From Folioceros fuciformis (taxonomy: Eukaryota): a DNA stretch of 47,549 nucleotides. Every line of letters begins with the position of its first letter. The first letter of the stretch is position 1. Below, piece after piece: positions 12,379-25,087 of the stretch. The stretch spans positions 1 to 47,549 of the forward strand of contig JBNGIO010006183.1 of assembly GCA_049999805.1 (NCBI GenBank), given 5' to 3'. The notes below the pieces were generated by a model that was given only the letters and a program-made list of their open reading frames with translations, did no database searches and was not told where the DNA came from. A program made the translations under genes and the position numbers.

Positions 12379-12849
12379 CCAGTAGGTGCAGTACTTGTGG
12401 TAGGTTTGCTAGCTTGTTGTCCTCTTAGATTAATGTTCAAGTGGTCTTGGCCTAAAATTGGGATGACTACTCCCATCCATAGTGTGGTGAAGGAGCAAGA
12501 CATGACTGCCCTTGCTCCCCTTTGCTGAGTGATTGGTCCTGGTATGCCTATTGCAACATTTAGGATGGCATGCTGAAGGTCACACCCCACCCATGAGGCA
12601 GGTGTATCCAGACCTAAGAATTGAAAGTGTTCCGAGTATGTAGGACATCGGGACTAAAGAGTCCCAACGTGTTGTGCTCTGTTGAGACAGCCGGCTAGCT
12701 TGCAATGGCTAGGCAATCAGCCATACATGCATGATGTGGGGGCTCATAACCCTTCTTCTTATCCTCGTAGCAAGAGACCAATGATGAAGTCCCTAATGGC
12801 TAGGGAAGTGTGGTGACAATCGGGACAATGCTGTTGTTGATGAAATTCA

Positions 12850-13950
12850 CTATCAATGTGCTTAGCTAAGTAGTGAGTGCCACCACTGAGGCCTTCGATG
12901 TTGGTCTCTCATCGGCATCGGTTGCACTCTTAGCCTTTGCCTTTTTCATTTGCTACTGGCTCTTAGAGACGTCACCAAATTCAAATGAGTTGACAACCGT
13001 AGCTATATTAGCTGAGCCTCCTGTTTGCTTACACTACTCTGAGTGCTTTCAAAAGCACACTCTCACCACATGCTACATTTTGTGGCAATGGGAGCAGTAA
13101 AGTCCCTCCGTGGGACACTTACATGCTAGAGATATATGCTTCGAAGCTCCACACCAATTACACACCACGTTCAAAGAGGCTATTTCTCTAGCCTTAGCAA
13201 CAAGCTTGGCTAGTCCAAACTTAATTGTTCTCGAGCTCCTAATGGCAACGAATGTCCTCATTCCATGTAAAGAGAATATGCTTTGGTACTGATGGATGAA
13301 TTTGGAGCTCTATAATGCATACACAGAGACGACAATTTCCTTCTCGTCTACCTCCTCGTAGACGTGGTCTAGCATATAAGCATCACCATACTTGTCCACC
13401 AACAATATGAGGAGTTGGTTGTAAAATATTGCATTCACCTCCATGACAACCAAAACCTTCCTAGTAGCTTCAGCATTTATGAGCATGCCTATCCCCTCTC
13501 ATAGCCTTTGCATCGTCCAGAAGGCCATTTGAAATATCTTCCCCTTCATCCTCAAAATTTGTGAGTTATAGATCATCTTAGTTTTGAGCAGGAATGCCCT
13601 CTTCAAAATTAGTAGGAATGCATCCACCCAATTGGCATACTTTGGGGTCTAAGTGTACTCTTGGATTCCTTAAGTGACATTTGTCTTTTTAGTTAAAGTA
13701 AGTGCCACCACCGTGAAGGTGGTGATGTGAGCATGATACCTCCTACAACTTCAGTTTGAGGCGCTTCTATGGCTACTACGAGCTTACCATTGTAGGCTAG
13801 CTACAGGGCATTTTGGAAAGCTAGGTTGAGGGTGGCCACCGAGGAAAGGAGCTTTGCTTAATGGAGCTCAAATAGATCCAAGGCTTTGTCTGCCATGTAG
13901 TTAGACATCTGGCCAAACATGTAATGGTGATTGTAGCTAGCCCCATGCTT
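12850..13950 (-). mobile_element. Degenerate gag-like remnant with two zinc knuckles
   Basis: Minus ORF 13073-13261 contains CNWCGASKHISLAC followed by YCSHCHKM*HVV.VC; surrounding frames are stop-riddled. Confidence 0.6.
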
Positions 13951-14589
13951 GAGCAGTATTCGATTTATGAAGCCTTATATAAAAAACCTAAAACCTTATA
14001 TAAATCTTGCAAGGATTGCATGCCATGCATGACTACAAAGATGCCTCACTTATGTGATATCCCTCTCTTCATGGTGTCCAAGTCTCTTGACAAATCTGCA
14101 AACCCTGGCCTTGGTTGGAACACCACACAAAGAGGGATTGCTGAGAATGGTTGAGATTACTACACTCCTATTCTAGATTGGGATTGAGTGCCCTTGTCCT
14201 TAAAGAGGGTTGCTACGGCATTGTCCAAGGACAAGCCTACTACATCTTAGACACAAAATCACTTTGCATAGATTCAGCAGTAATGTCCATCAAGGGGGAC
14301 CATGTGGTTGTAGATCTCATAGCCGATGGTGGAGTCCCTGGCCTGCTAACGGTCTGCAAGTTTTCTCCTAACCACTATTGACATCTAGTTGTCCAATTTT
14401 TCCTTGCTTGTGCACGGTCAAGGGTAACCCTATTTGGAATGGCCCTTGTTTTGAGCCTATACCATGGGCTTGTGTCCCTCTCCTTATGGTGCATCAGCTA
14501 AGCAACATGCTTAGCAGAAAGCTAGTTCTTCAAATAGGTTTGAGGAAATTGAACAAATCAAGCGTAAAAATCAGATCCAACTAACGGGT

Positions 14590-15560
14590 GTCATGACTCA
14601 AGGGTTGCATGCTCCTTTAGCAAGCTCCCTTGCATGCTCCTTGAGTAAAATTTGTCACTTTCACCTCTTTTAGAAAAAAGAGTCATATTGTTCAATGATA
14701 ACCAATGTAATGAATACTCATCTAGGAGTCTCTTTGGATATCTCCCATTGAATTGAGCTCCCATCCAACTTCGCCATGTATTGTGGTACAACTCCCCCTC
14801 TTTAGGGAAATCCTTAATTTCTTGCAATCCTTGACTATGTTATACTAGGATACTATACTTCTTCATGTTCATATCCTCTTTCTCTTTGCATGGCATGAAG
14901 GCTTTTAGCATTAGTACATAAAAACATTGTGTGCAAAAAATCCACTCGGACAATTGTAGCTTTATGCCACTTCTTCAATGCACTTCAAAATTGTAAATAG
15001 GCTTCCATACATTGGTCTCAACTTCAAAGAAAAATCTTGGGGTAGTGTGAAATGCTTCAATTTCACCCAAATCTTATCCCCAACATTGAAAACAATTTCT
15101 CTCCTGCGCCTATGAGCATAGTTCTTTTGACATGCATGAGCCTTGACTAAACTCTCTTTAGCAATTTCATGCCTACCCTTCAAGTACTCAATGAATTAGC
15201 ATGGACCTCCATTCGTAATGTCGTAAACTTTAGCATTTAGCATGGATACCAAATCCATCAACATTTAGCATGAATAACATATCCAGTGCTGAATTTTCAC
15301 TCATTTCAAAAGTACTACATCCTAAAGAGCTTTGTTATATATGTAGTGACAACAAAACTTTACAATATCAAGATGATCATCCCAATCTCTCCTATCAATA
15401 TGCATGTAATGCCTTACGTATTATTCTTGGATTCGATTGACTTACTCAATTAACCCATCAATATCTAGATGATATGCGGCAATACTTATATACAATTCTA
15501 CATTCAAACTTTTCATCAAGTCTTACAAGAATTCTCTTAGGAATCTTGGATTCCTTTAAG
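14590..15560 (-). mobile_element. 3' end of a Ty3/gypsy element in reverse orientation: integrase, GPY/F region, PPT and start of 3' LTR
   Basis: Integrase remnant (AYHLDIDG..E*VNRIQE*Y...DWDDHLD, ~15300-15480); AKESLVKAHACQKNYAHRRRREIVFNVGDKIWVK...KLRPMYGSLFTI (14962-15183); PPT AAAGAGGGGGAG at 14792-14803, then TGTACCAC at 14790 running leftward. Confidence 0.85.
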
Positions 15561-15694
15561 TCTGCTAATTAGAAATAGGGTTTTTAGTAAGTAGGAGCAT
15601 TCAAACTTTTCATCAAGTCTTACAAGAATTCTCTTATGAATCTTGGATTCCTTTAAGTCTACTAATTAGAAATAGGGTTTTTAGTAAGTAGGAG
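15501..15694. repeat. 97-bp tandem duplication
   Basis: cattcaaacttttcatcaagtcttacaag...ttagtaagtaggag starts at 15501 and at 15598, nearly identical. Confidence 0.92.
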
Positions 15695-16658
15695 CGCTCC
15701 GTGCAGCAAAGTAAGTAACCCAACTGGATGTGCTTGTAGGGTACCAAGGACAACTGATAGGACATAAAGGGCTCTAGTTCTAAGGGCCTCTCTCCACACC
15801 TAGCAACTATACTTAAATATTTGAGGCCTCTTCTTCTCCTTCCTTACTTCTATCCTTATGCTTGTCCCTATCCCCATTTCCATCCCTACCTTGTCAAAAT
15901 CAACATGACCATAGGGCAATGACAGGATGGTTTGTACACTTTCTCTTGCTAATTGTTTACATTGTGTTGTATGGTTTACCGTGTCCTTGCCCTTCGCCTT
16001 CCTTTTGCAACATTATGACCATGGACTAAAATGGGTGAGCATATGCTTTGCCTTAGTTAATAAACCCACAATCTTCTTGAGTTAATACCAACTTTAAACT
16101 TATGCAAATATGTTATCTTGGCTGTAGACCAAAATTTGACTGCTACTGCTCTCATACCCACCCATTGCTGCTGCTCTCATACCCACCCATTGCCCTTTAA
16201 CCTTCTTGACAAGTGCCCCTCCAAAATTCATTGAACACCGAATCATTATTTAATAATTTATTGAACAATATATCATGGAATTCCCTTTCTCCTTTTTTTC
16301 TTACACCAAGGGCTGAATTCCTTGAATTTCCTGAATTAGTTTCTTGTGCAGTTTCTATGGTCTGGGTTATGTTGTTAGTTGGGATATGCCTCTGGAAATA
16401 CCTGTAGAAGGCAAACATCTACTAGGCGTATGCCACTGCACAAGTCAGCGATGAACTATGTCTCCTTAGGACCACACGCCCCCTACACAAACTAATAATC
16501 AGTGCTCTTAAAGGCATAAGGTTCCAAATCAGTGATGATGTTACTTGCTCGCCTTCCCGCACTTGTGATGTTGTGGCTAGGAACTCATGGTGGGATTGGT
16601 GCGACAGGACACCTTCAGTTGCTGACACTGTACTCCTTCCTTGATCCTTCAAGTTTAG

Positions 16659-16755
16659 TAGCCATGGTGCAGTATCACATGGTGTACATAAAGCAGAATG
16701 CATAGTTAGCCATGGTGCAATATCACATGGTGTACATAAAGCAGAATGCATAGTT
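16659..16755. repeat. 48-bp tandem duplication
   Basis: tagccatggtgca(g/a)tatcacatggtgtacataaagcagaatgcatagt at 16659 and 16707. Confidence 0.9.
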
Positions 16756-16760
16756 CGTTG

Positions 16761-17165
16761 AGTCATCAAAACACAAGGCTGCTAGACTGACTCCAAAGCA
16801 CAATCCATAAATGGAGATTATAGTCATCAAAACACAAGGTTGCTAGACTGACTCCAAAGCACAATCCATAAATGGAGATTATAGTCATCAAAACACAAGG
16901 CTGCTAGACTGACTCCAAAGCAAAATCCATAAATGGAGATTATAGTCATCAAAACACAAGGCTGCTAGACAAACTCCAAAGCACAATCCATAAATGGAGA
17001 TTATAGTCATCAAAACACAAGGCTGCTAGACTGACTCCAAAGCACAATCTACAATCCATAAATGGAGATTAAAGCTGATGGTACGATGAGATCTAGCAAC
17101 AAAGACAGGCGTATACTGCTAGACTGACTCCAAAGCACAATCTACAATCCATAAATGGAGATTAC
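16761..17165. repeat. 61-bp minisatellite, 5 near-perfect copies plus a derived longer variant
   Basis: agtcatcaaaacacaaggctgctagactgactccaaagcacaatccataaatggagattat at 16761, 16822, 16883, 16944 and 17005; variant continues to ~17165. Confidence 0.95.
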
Positions 17166-18691
17166 AGCTGATGGTACGACGACATCTAGCAGTATAGGCC
17201 CTCTCCTTGACTATGGCTATGAAGGCCAAGGCTTTATACGACTTCTTGCTAGTCTAGATATTCCATTGTAAAGCTTCGGACACCCCTCTCCTCCTCCCAA
17301 TACAATATATCTTACTATCTACTCTTTGTGGTTCATAAGATTCATATCTTACTATCTACTCTTTGTGGCTCCTAAGATCTTTCCTCCTGATTGCTCCTTA
17401 CATTATTGGCTGGGCATTTGTCGTCCTTCTCCTCATGTCTGATTCCATATTTATAATAAATTATAATTTTATTACAAAATAATTTACCAATAAAATCGAA
17501 CATGCCAAGGATCACTAAGCGACTGAAATTGATCCGAAGATGAGAGCCGAATCAAATTTATAATCCGTAACCCTATTTGCAGAGTGCTCGCAGGAAGGGT
17601 ACCCGAAAAAGTACAAAATACACATGCAGGCAAGACGTACCACCGTGCCAGCCAAGAATTGAGCCAAGTCAGCTGAAACTGGGAATCGCACTGGATGCCT
17701 GCAGTCGGGCCTTGAGCTCGCCAGTCGTCGCACTCTCGTTCTCGGTGGTCCCACATACAGCGACTGGGAATTCGTGCTTCAGATCCCGCCTGCGCCTGTT
17801 CCGCCACACACAGTCTATTGAAGCGGTGCACTGCGCACACGCTGCTGACCTTGGGACCTTGGCGTATTTGTTGCTGCTGTCTGTTAATGGACGCCCATTG
17901 ATTATAGAAGTCGTCACCGGGATTCCTCCAGCAATTCAGGTGCGTTTCGCTGCATTTTTTGTGCCGTCTACCATCAGACCTGGATGGCAGCGATCTTCCC
18001 TGATAGTTTTGTTAAAGCGTCTCGTCTGTGGTGGAGGAATGTTTGTCACTAGCAATGGAGGTGGCTGATTTCAGATCTGAGGAGATAGTGTAAATTTGTG
18101 AGAGATATGTGCAGCTGTCTGCAGTCACCTTTACATCACCAGAATAGTGAATTTTAATTTTGTGCCCTTGGAGAAAGAGAGAGCTCCTAGGAGGCAGTTT
18201 GGGGATGCTAGTGTCGGCCTTTGGAAATTCCTCTGTACGTTTTACGAGATTTCTTCATCGTGGTCTTCTTCTGCATGGCAAAATAACAGGATTCCAGTTG
18301 TCAGAGTAATGCACTCAGCAATCAGGAATTCTTTGTCAGGTGGTTGATCCTACGTCTTTTTCTGAATATGCACTGTGTGGAAGTCGAAAACTGGCATGAA
18401 GTGTGATTACAACTCCTCAAGGTGACGATTCCTGGAGGCTGCCACAATTTGCGGACCTGTTTACAGGTGGAGTTGTCATTTTTCCCTGGAGAACACTGGG
18501 TGTAACAAATGTTACCAGTTAGCTGAGCTAACATTTATTACAACGATCTACAGGTAGGAAGGAACTTGCTGTGCAGTGCTGGCTACATGGAGTCGGTTCA
18601 CCGCGTGGGTTGAGCTCCAGGATCCTTGTATCTCAATCCTTTCCAGCAGTTTTGCCACTTGCTTGTCGGCGTGCTGTTCCTGTGATTCATT

Positions 18692-21600
18692 ATGGGGGCA
18701 ACTCGTGAAGGGGAGAGTGTCCGGCAGCGGCGGAAGAAGAATGTACCAGCAAATAGTGAGAATGCCTCTGCGGACGAGATTGCACAAGAAACTGGATCAC
18801 CACCCTGCGAATCTGTGGGAAATTCTTATGGGAGTGGTTCCAAAAAGTTCTCAATCAGGCCCTCGTTCCCTGCCCATAAAAGATCACGAGAGAGTCCCCT
18901 CAGTTCAGATGCTATTTTTAAACAGGTGTCATTGACAGTTGTTTTCTTCATTTTGGCGTTGCTTTCTATCAACAACTGTCAGGGACTCTTTTTCAAAGGT
19001 TTATTCTGTTAAATCATCAGCATGTTGCAGAGTCATGCAGGTTTGTTCAACCTGTGTGTGGTCATCCTTCTGGCTGTCAATTCCAGGTTGATTATTGAAA
19101 ACATGATGAAGGTACAACACCTTAAATTTTCGTATCTTCAATCTGTTACGCTGGTCTGCAGGTTATCAAAGTACTGGAACTAACGCGCTGCAGTGATTTC
19201 GCTTTGCAGTATGGAATCTTAATGCAATCTGGCTTTTGGTTCAGCTCCAAAGCATTGAGGGATTGGCCCCTGTTCATGTGTGGGTAATGACACTAAGGAT
19301 CTCAGAGTTTTATTATGACGATGAATGATATTTACACACGCTTTAACAGGCAATCCTCCTTTGACAGGTTGAGCCTCCCTGTCTTTCCATTTTTGGCTCT
19401 GATGGTTGAGAAGCTGAAAGCTCGATGTCCTCTTATTCCAGAGCAGGTATGTAGACGTCTGGTGTTGGAAGAGGATGAAATTTTCAGCAAATACATGTTT
19501 GTCAATTCAAGCCCCTAATGACAATGGGGCTGAAACTCGTAGACTCTCATTTCTGGCAGATAGTAGCTCTTGCTCATGCTGTCATAAGCTCAGGATCAAT
19601 TTTATACCCGGCATACGTGATTTACAGGTCAGTTCATTTCCTTAGGGCAACCTCTTTGTTAATTCTGAGGAGACAAAATTGCTTGTGTCTGTGGATGGAC
19701 CTCACTGGTTGAATGTGATAGTATCCATGCTTCTGGTCATTCAGGGTACAATCAGCCCTTCTCTTCTGTTTCGGGCTTGTCCTCCTTGCCATAACCACTT
19801 GGATGAAGCTAGTCTCTTATGCACATACCAACTATGATGTGCGAGCTCTAAAGTCTGATGGCTTGATGGTACGTCTCCTTGTCCGTATGTGTGAACCTCA
19901 GTCTGATTCTTGTTGAGTTCTGGATGGTTGTTGAACTCGTATTGTGCCCTTCAGTGCTGGTTTCCCTTTCTCTTTAACGTGTATTTTTTTACTGGAACGC
20001 TCTGGCCAGAAGTTATAAGCAGGTGCCCAAAATATGTTTATCATTTGCGTTGTGGAACTCATGCCCGGTTGTGCTTTGTGGTTGTTGTTCCTATGTGTGA
20101 ATTGTCTTCTTCTGTGGTTTTGCACGCAGCCAGATCTGCCAGCTGATCTGCCTCAGGTCGAGTATCCAGACAACATCAGCTTGGAAAACATAGCCTACTT
20201 CATGGTTGCACCAACGTTGTGTTACCAGGTGAGCACAACTTAGCGGAAGTGCTAACCAAGCGTAGCATACATGCTGCAAATCTTATTATCGATCAGTCTC
20301 CTTCCCGTGATTGTTGATGGTGCGGTTTACTGACGTGAGAACCAAATTTTTTTGCAGCTCAGCTATCCAAAATCAGATGAGATCCGTCCAGGTTGGGTTC
20401 TTCGCCAAACTGTGAAGCTGTTCATTTTCATGGGCCTAATGGGGTTTATAATAGAGCAGGTGAGCTGTTCTGCAGTCTACGTTTCAGGTTTTGATGGTGG
20501 CATGCAAAGTATGGTTGTGGTTGCCCGCTAATGTGGAACTGAATTAATACATTATTGCAGTACATCAATCCAACCGTCAAGAATTCTCAGCATCCTTTGA
20601 AGGGCAACTATCTCAACGCTATAGAGAGGATCCTGAAACTCTCTATTCCGACTCTTTATGTTTGGCTCTGCATGTTCTACTGCATCTTTCACCTCTGGTA
20701 AGGACGAGAATAAGAGACATTTTGGAGGTATAGTTGCATTTCACGTCAAGTTCGAGCAAACTTTTATGCAAGAGCTCGTGGTTAAGCGGGAGTCTGTCTC
20801 CAGGCTCAACATATTAGCAGAAATCACCTGGTTTGGAGATCGAGAATTCTACAAGGATTGGTGGAATGCGAAGACTGTGGAAGAGGTAATCAACGCTTGA
20901 TAGGAGGATCGTGCCCGCGTAGTCTCTTCCTTTGTTGGTGAGGGACACTGCGTGCTCTTAGGCTTGTCTCGAGCAGCCTTAGCAGCATGATGTTGATTAG
21001 CATGTTGTCTGTGGGGGCATCTTGTGGATCGTTGCGCGTATCGACTTTCAGTATTGGCGGATGTGGAATATGGTAAGACAGTTGGCGCCTGTTTACTTAA
21101 GCCGTCGTTTTCCTGCTTAAGCCGTCGTTTTCCTGCTAACATGTTTTGACCCCTAACTTATGCCTATGCTGGACGCAGCCAGTACACAGATGGATGGTTC
21201 GGCACATTTACTTCCCTTGTCTTCGACAAGGTATTCCCAGGGTACGTGCTGATAACGCGAGATCTTCCTCTTCACCCGACTTTATTGGACTCACTGTAGC
21301 CAATGGCTCTCGGCAGTCCTAGCAGATCTTGGCACACTGTGCAAGGTGCTAGGTTCGATGTCCTGATACGGGGTGCAAGTCTTTTCATTGCTTATTGTAT
21401 TCCGACTCCTATGTAAGCAGGAACTCGCGCTGGTGATTGTATTTGCGGTTTCCGGTTTATTTCATGAGGTACGAGTTGTTGATTGCTAAGTAATGTGCGA
21501 TGCGGATGCCTAATCTCTTGTTCCAGGTTAGACTAGTGCAGACTCATGAACCGAAACCTAAACTCGTTGGGTCGGTGAATCCTGACAGCTTTGTATTGGA

Positions 21601-22038
21601 ATCCCTTGCCACATGGTGAGGGGCTGGGCATTCCTTGGCATTCTACTGCAGGTATGTTTTGAGGAACTGCAAGCTGTGTCTCGTGTGCACTGAGTCTTGG
21701 TACAGCACCTGGTCTGATGGGAAGTGATGTGCTGCAGGTTCCTTTGGTGGTAATCACGAGGTATCTGCAGACGAGATTTTCAAATGACATGGTGAGCATT
21801 AGTCAGATGATGTCAATGTTGTTGAGTACTTTGAAACGGTTGGCCAGAGAGCTTGTGGCTCTGACCACCTGTGATGCGTCAACTGCAGCTTGGGAATATG
21901 GTGTTCTGGTTCTGTTTCTGTATAGTTGGGCAGCCCATGTGCGTCCTCCTGTATTACCATGACTTTGCCAATTCGCAGCAAGCGCACAACCTGACTGCAG
22001 AAAACCGAAAATTGTATGAGGGCACGGGACCTTTCTAG
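18692..22038 (+). CDS. DGAT1: Diacylglycerol O-acyltransferase 1 (MBOAT family), 16 exons
   Basis: Exons: 18692-18925, 19031-19111, 19210-19283, 19368-19446, 19560-19627, 19745-19868, 20130-20228, 20358-20459, 20561-20697, 20804-20885, 21052-21072, 21179-21241, 21421-21468, 21589-21651, 21738-21791, 21889-22038. Motifs RESPLSSDAIFKQSHAGLFNL, MKLVSYAHTN, YFMVAPTLCYQ, FGDREFYKDWWNA, YWRMWNMPVHRW, FHE, LLYYHD. Confidence 0.96.
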
Positions 22039-23392
22039 AGCCACATTTCTGTGAGCTACAGCATTCGGAGCCTGGACGGGCTGTGCACTTCCATCAACAA
22101 TGAAGTACATCAATGGGGGTGAATGCGTCGGGCATGAGCGTAACTGAGTACATTGAAGGTACTACGGCTGCATTTCCAGGGTGGAGTTATGGCCGTTCAT
22201 CACTCATGTTAAATGACACAAGTCAATGTATCATCACGGAGCCAGCCTCAGGTTATCTGGCTGGAAAGCACGGCGAGCTGTGCGCTCCAATGAGGTACCA
22301 TGAATCTGGCTCTCAGATTCAAGTGTTTTTGTCAGAGCATGATGAAGACAAAACGCATGATGCTGCTGGTTTGCAAATCGATACCCCATTGCCATAAATG
22401 CTGGCTCGTACCATGATCCGTTGGGTCACCCGGACGGACGGAGAACCAGAACTGCCGCGCTGCTTTGTGGCTTGTAAACCTGACGGTCGGTACCGCACAG
22501 TTGTGGAACTGCACGGTTGGGTTTGTGGAATTCGCGTTTGCCGCATGCATTTATACCCTGTCTTGCAGGAGTTTTGCATTTGAGAGCTCTCTTGCAAAAG
22601 AAAGGAATATGAATGATAACTTTCCCAAGTTACATATGAACATAGGTGTGAAACGATGCAGGTAGACATGAATTCCAGCATCAGATACATACGTACATAC
22701 ATACATCCATGTGTATGTATTTACCTGAACGAGGAAACGGGCACCGAAAGGGCCCAACCGGGAAAGCACGGTTGAGAATGACGCACGGTAAGGCGCACAG
22801 CGCGTTACGAGCCAGGGCTGAGGGACGGATGTGGCGTCCGTGATGACGTGGCGGTATGTGCCGTACCAGCTGCCTTAATGGCCGTGGGGTATGGATGGGA
22901 GAGTATACTGCAGCGGTCACTCGGAATAGGTTGGCATCCAAGGCTCTGCGCAGAGGCGGAATGATGGGAGGGTGTGAGTCATGAAAGAGGGCCTCTGTCA
23001 CTGGTACATTTCCATCCTCCGGAGTACTTGACGCTTTTGCAGTGGACAGTTGGAACTTTCGAGTGGAAAAGGTAGGCGATGAAAATGGCATTCGCTTGCC
23101 AGTGCCTCTGCCTCTGCCTCTGCACACACACACGTATATGGAACGCAGAAGTCGGATGGAAGTAAATGAGTTGACAGAGATCCTTCCGTCAAGTTCGGAG
23201 TGCGGGAACGCTGGAATGGTATCATTTTGAAGCCAGTTACAAATGTACAGCGGCCCAAATGAGCCACGTCGTTTCTGCTCTACTTAGGGCCCGGGGAATT
23301 TGATCGGGCGCTTTGGTTCACGAACGACTTATCTCTTACATCTGGAGTTAGATGCTAGCTAACAAAACTGAAGGATAGTCCACTTGAGGCTG

Positions 23393-25087
23393 TTATCGAC
23401 TTCTGAGGGGATGAGTGCTTTGGCTCATCCTGTAAACCGCCCTCGAGCTCACGGGCACCGGGGGCATTGGGCACACACAAATCTGCTTCTCGAACGAAGC
23501 GCAGATGTCGTGCGCGATTTGCTTCGCCTCAAACGACGTTCCCTTCAGACCTCGCCTCGACATTCCCACTGCGTACAGGCCTCGCTGCCCCTTCCATCCG
23601 TGCGGGAAGGGAACCTTCGGAAGCCCATTTTTCCCGAAAAACGTGTCATCCTGCAGTCCCGGCGATGAATTGGGGTCAGATTTCTAGATGCTCACGGAAA
23701 GCAACAAGAGATAGAATGGAGCGACATCTCACTCACACCCGCGCACTCACTCACCTTGAGCCATTTGATGACATTGCTTCGAAAGCCAGTAGCCCAGATG
23801 ATGCAGTCGAAATCCTGCCAGGTGCCATCCACGAAAGTTACACCGGTCGTGCTCAGGGCTTTCACGGCGGACGTAACCTGAAAGGTGAGGAGGAAGCCAA
23901 GAGCGCTCAGTCTTGTGTGATCCAGAACGCACAGGTATTGAAGGCGTGAGGAAGGAGGGCATGGGAGAGTGAGAGACGCATCCTACCTTGATGTGCCCGC
24001 TTCGAATTTTGGCCACAGTCCCGACGTCTAGGACGGGCGTCTTGCCCAGGGTGTCCTTGAGCTCCATGGGGCCCTTGGCCGGGCGGCACAACCCGTACCG
24101 CGCTGTGTTACCCATAAGCAGCCAGGTGTAAAGCACCAAGATGTAGTCGGTGAGCCACAGAGGAAAAATTCTCAAAAGTGCCATGGCGACTTGCAAGGTA
24201 GACCGGCCGAGCACTTCCCTGGGAAGCACATGAACCTGCGCAGAAACAGCCGTCGCTTTGACGTGAGAAAACGGGACGCGAATAAGAAAAAGAGGAAATT
24301 CGCTTCACCACAAGATAGACATCGCCTCGCCTCGCCTCGCCAGGCCAGGCCAGGCAGCTAGAATAGAAGCGCGCATGGAGACGGCACCAACACTCACCGG
24401 ACTGCGAACAGCAATGCTGGGCTTGGCGCCATGGTTGGCCAGATCCAGCGCAATCTCCATGCCGGAGTTGCCGCAGCCCACCACGAGCACCTTCTTGTCC
24501 CGAAATTCGGAGCCGTTCCTGTAGAGGCTAGAGTGGAAGGTCTGGCCACGAAACACGTCCGTCCCGGGCAGCTGCGGTGTCACGCTCTCCGCGTTCTCCC
24601 CGGTAGCCACAATGAGCCACTTGCTGACGTACTCCTCGGTGATGGAAGGTCGACCGCCGGCGGCCCCCACTGCCCGCGATGTCCTTACCCGCCACATCCC
24701 GATACCGGAATCGAAGGAGGCGGACACGACGCTCTCGTTGAAGTGCGGGTTGATCTGGAACCTCCTGGCGTACTTCTCCAGGTAGTCGATGAATTGCTGG
24801 CGGGTGGGATAGGCTGGATAATCCTCCGGGAAGGGCATGAGCGGGAGCTCGCACAGGTTCTTGGGGATGTGCAGGTGCAGGCGGTCGTACGTTTTGTACT
24901 TCCACAGCGACGCGATGCAGTCGGCCCGCTCGATGACAGTGCTGGGAATGCCTCGGTCCCGGAGCGCCGCCGCGGTAGCCAGCCCAGCCGGGCCGGCGCC
25001 CACGATAATGGGCCCCTCCGACGCCAGCGGCTGGTCCAGCAGATGGCCGCCCTCGGACACCCAGCAGTCAGTATAGAAGGGCGGCAT
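23393..25087 (-). CDS. YUC: YUCCA-type indole-3-pyruvate monooxygenase (copy 1), 4 exons
   Basis: Exons 25087-24398, 24235-23987, 23877-23755, 23650-23393. Motifs: [28 protein letters not shown], FxGxxxHSSxY, [38 protein letters not shown]. The start could extend upstream toward the N-gap. Confidence 0.95.

Noticed and set aside
14810-14940. Chromodomain at the end of the integrase
   Set aside because: No YLVKW-like motif; the PPT follows about 130 bp after the GPY/F region, too short for one.
16141-16193. Reverse-strand PBS (gctctcatacc)
   Set aside because: Occurs twice within a small tandem duplication, lacks the terminal TGG match and has no adjacent identifiable LTR end.
16761-17165. 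61-bp array (and the 41-bp array at 12078-12378) as a CRISPR-like locus
   Set aside because: Units are contiguous near-identical copies with no unique spacers, there are no cas genes, and the context is a eukaryotic retroelement.
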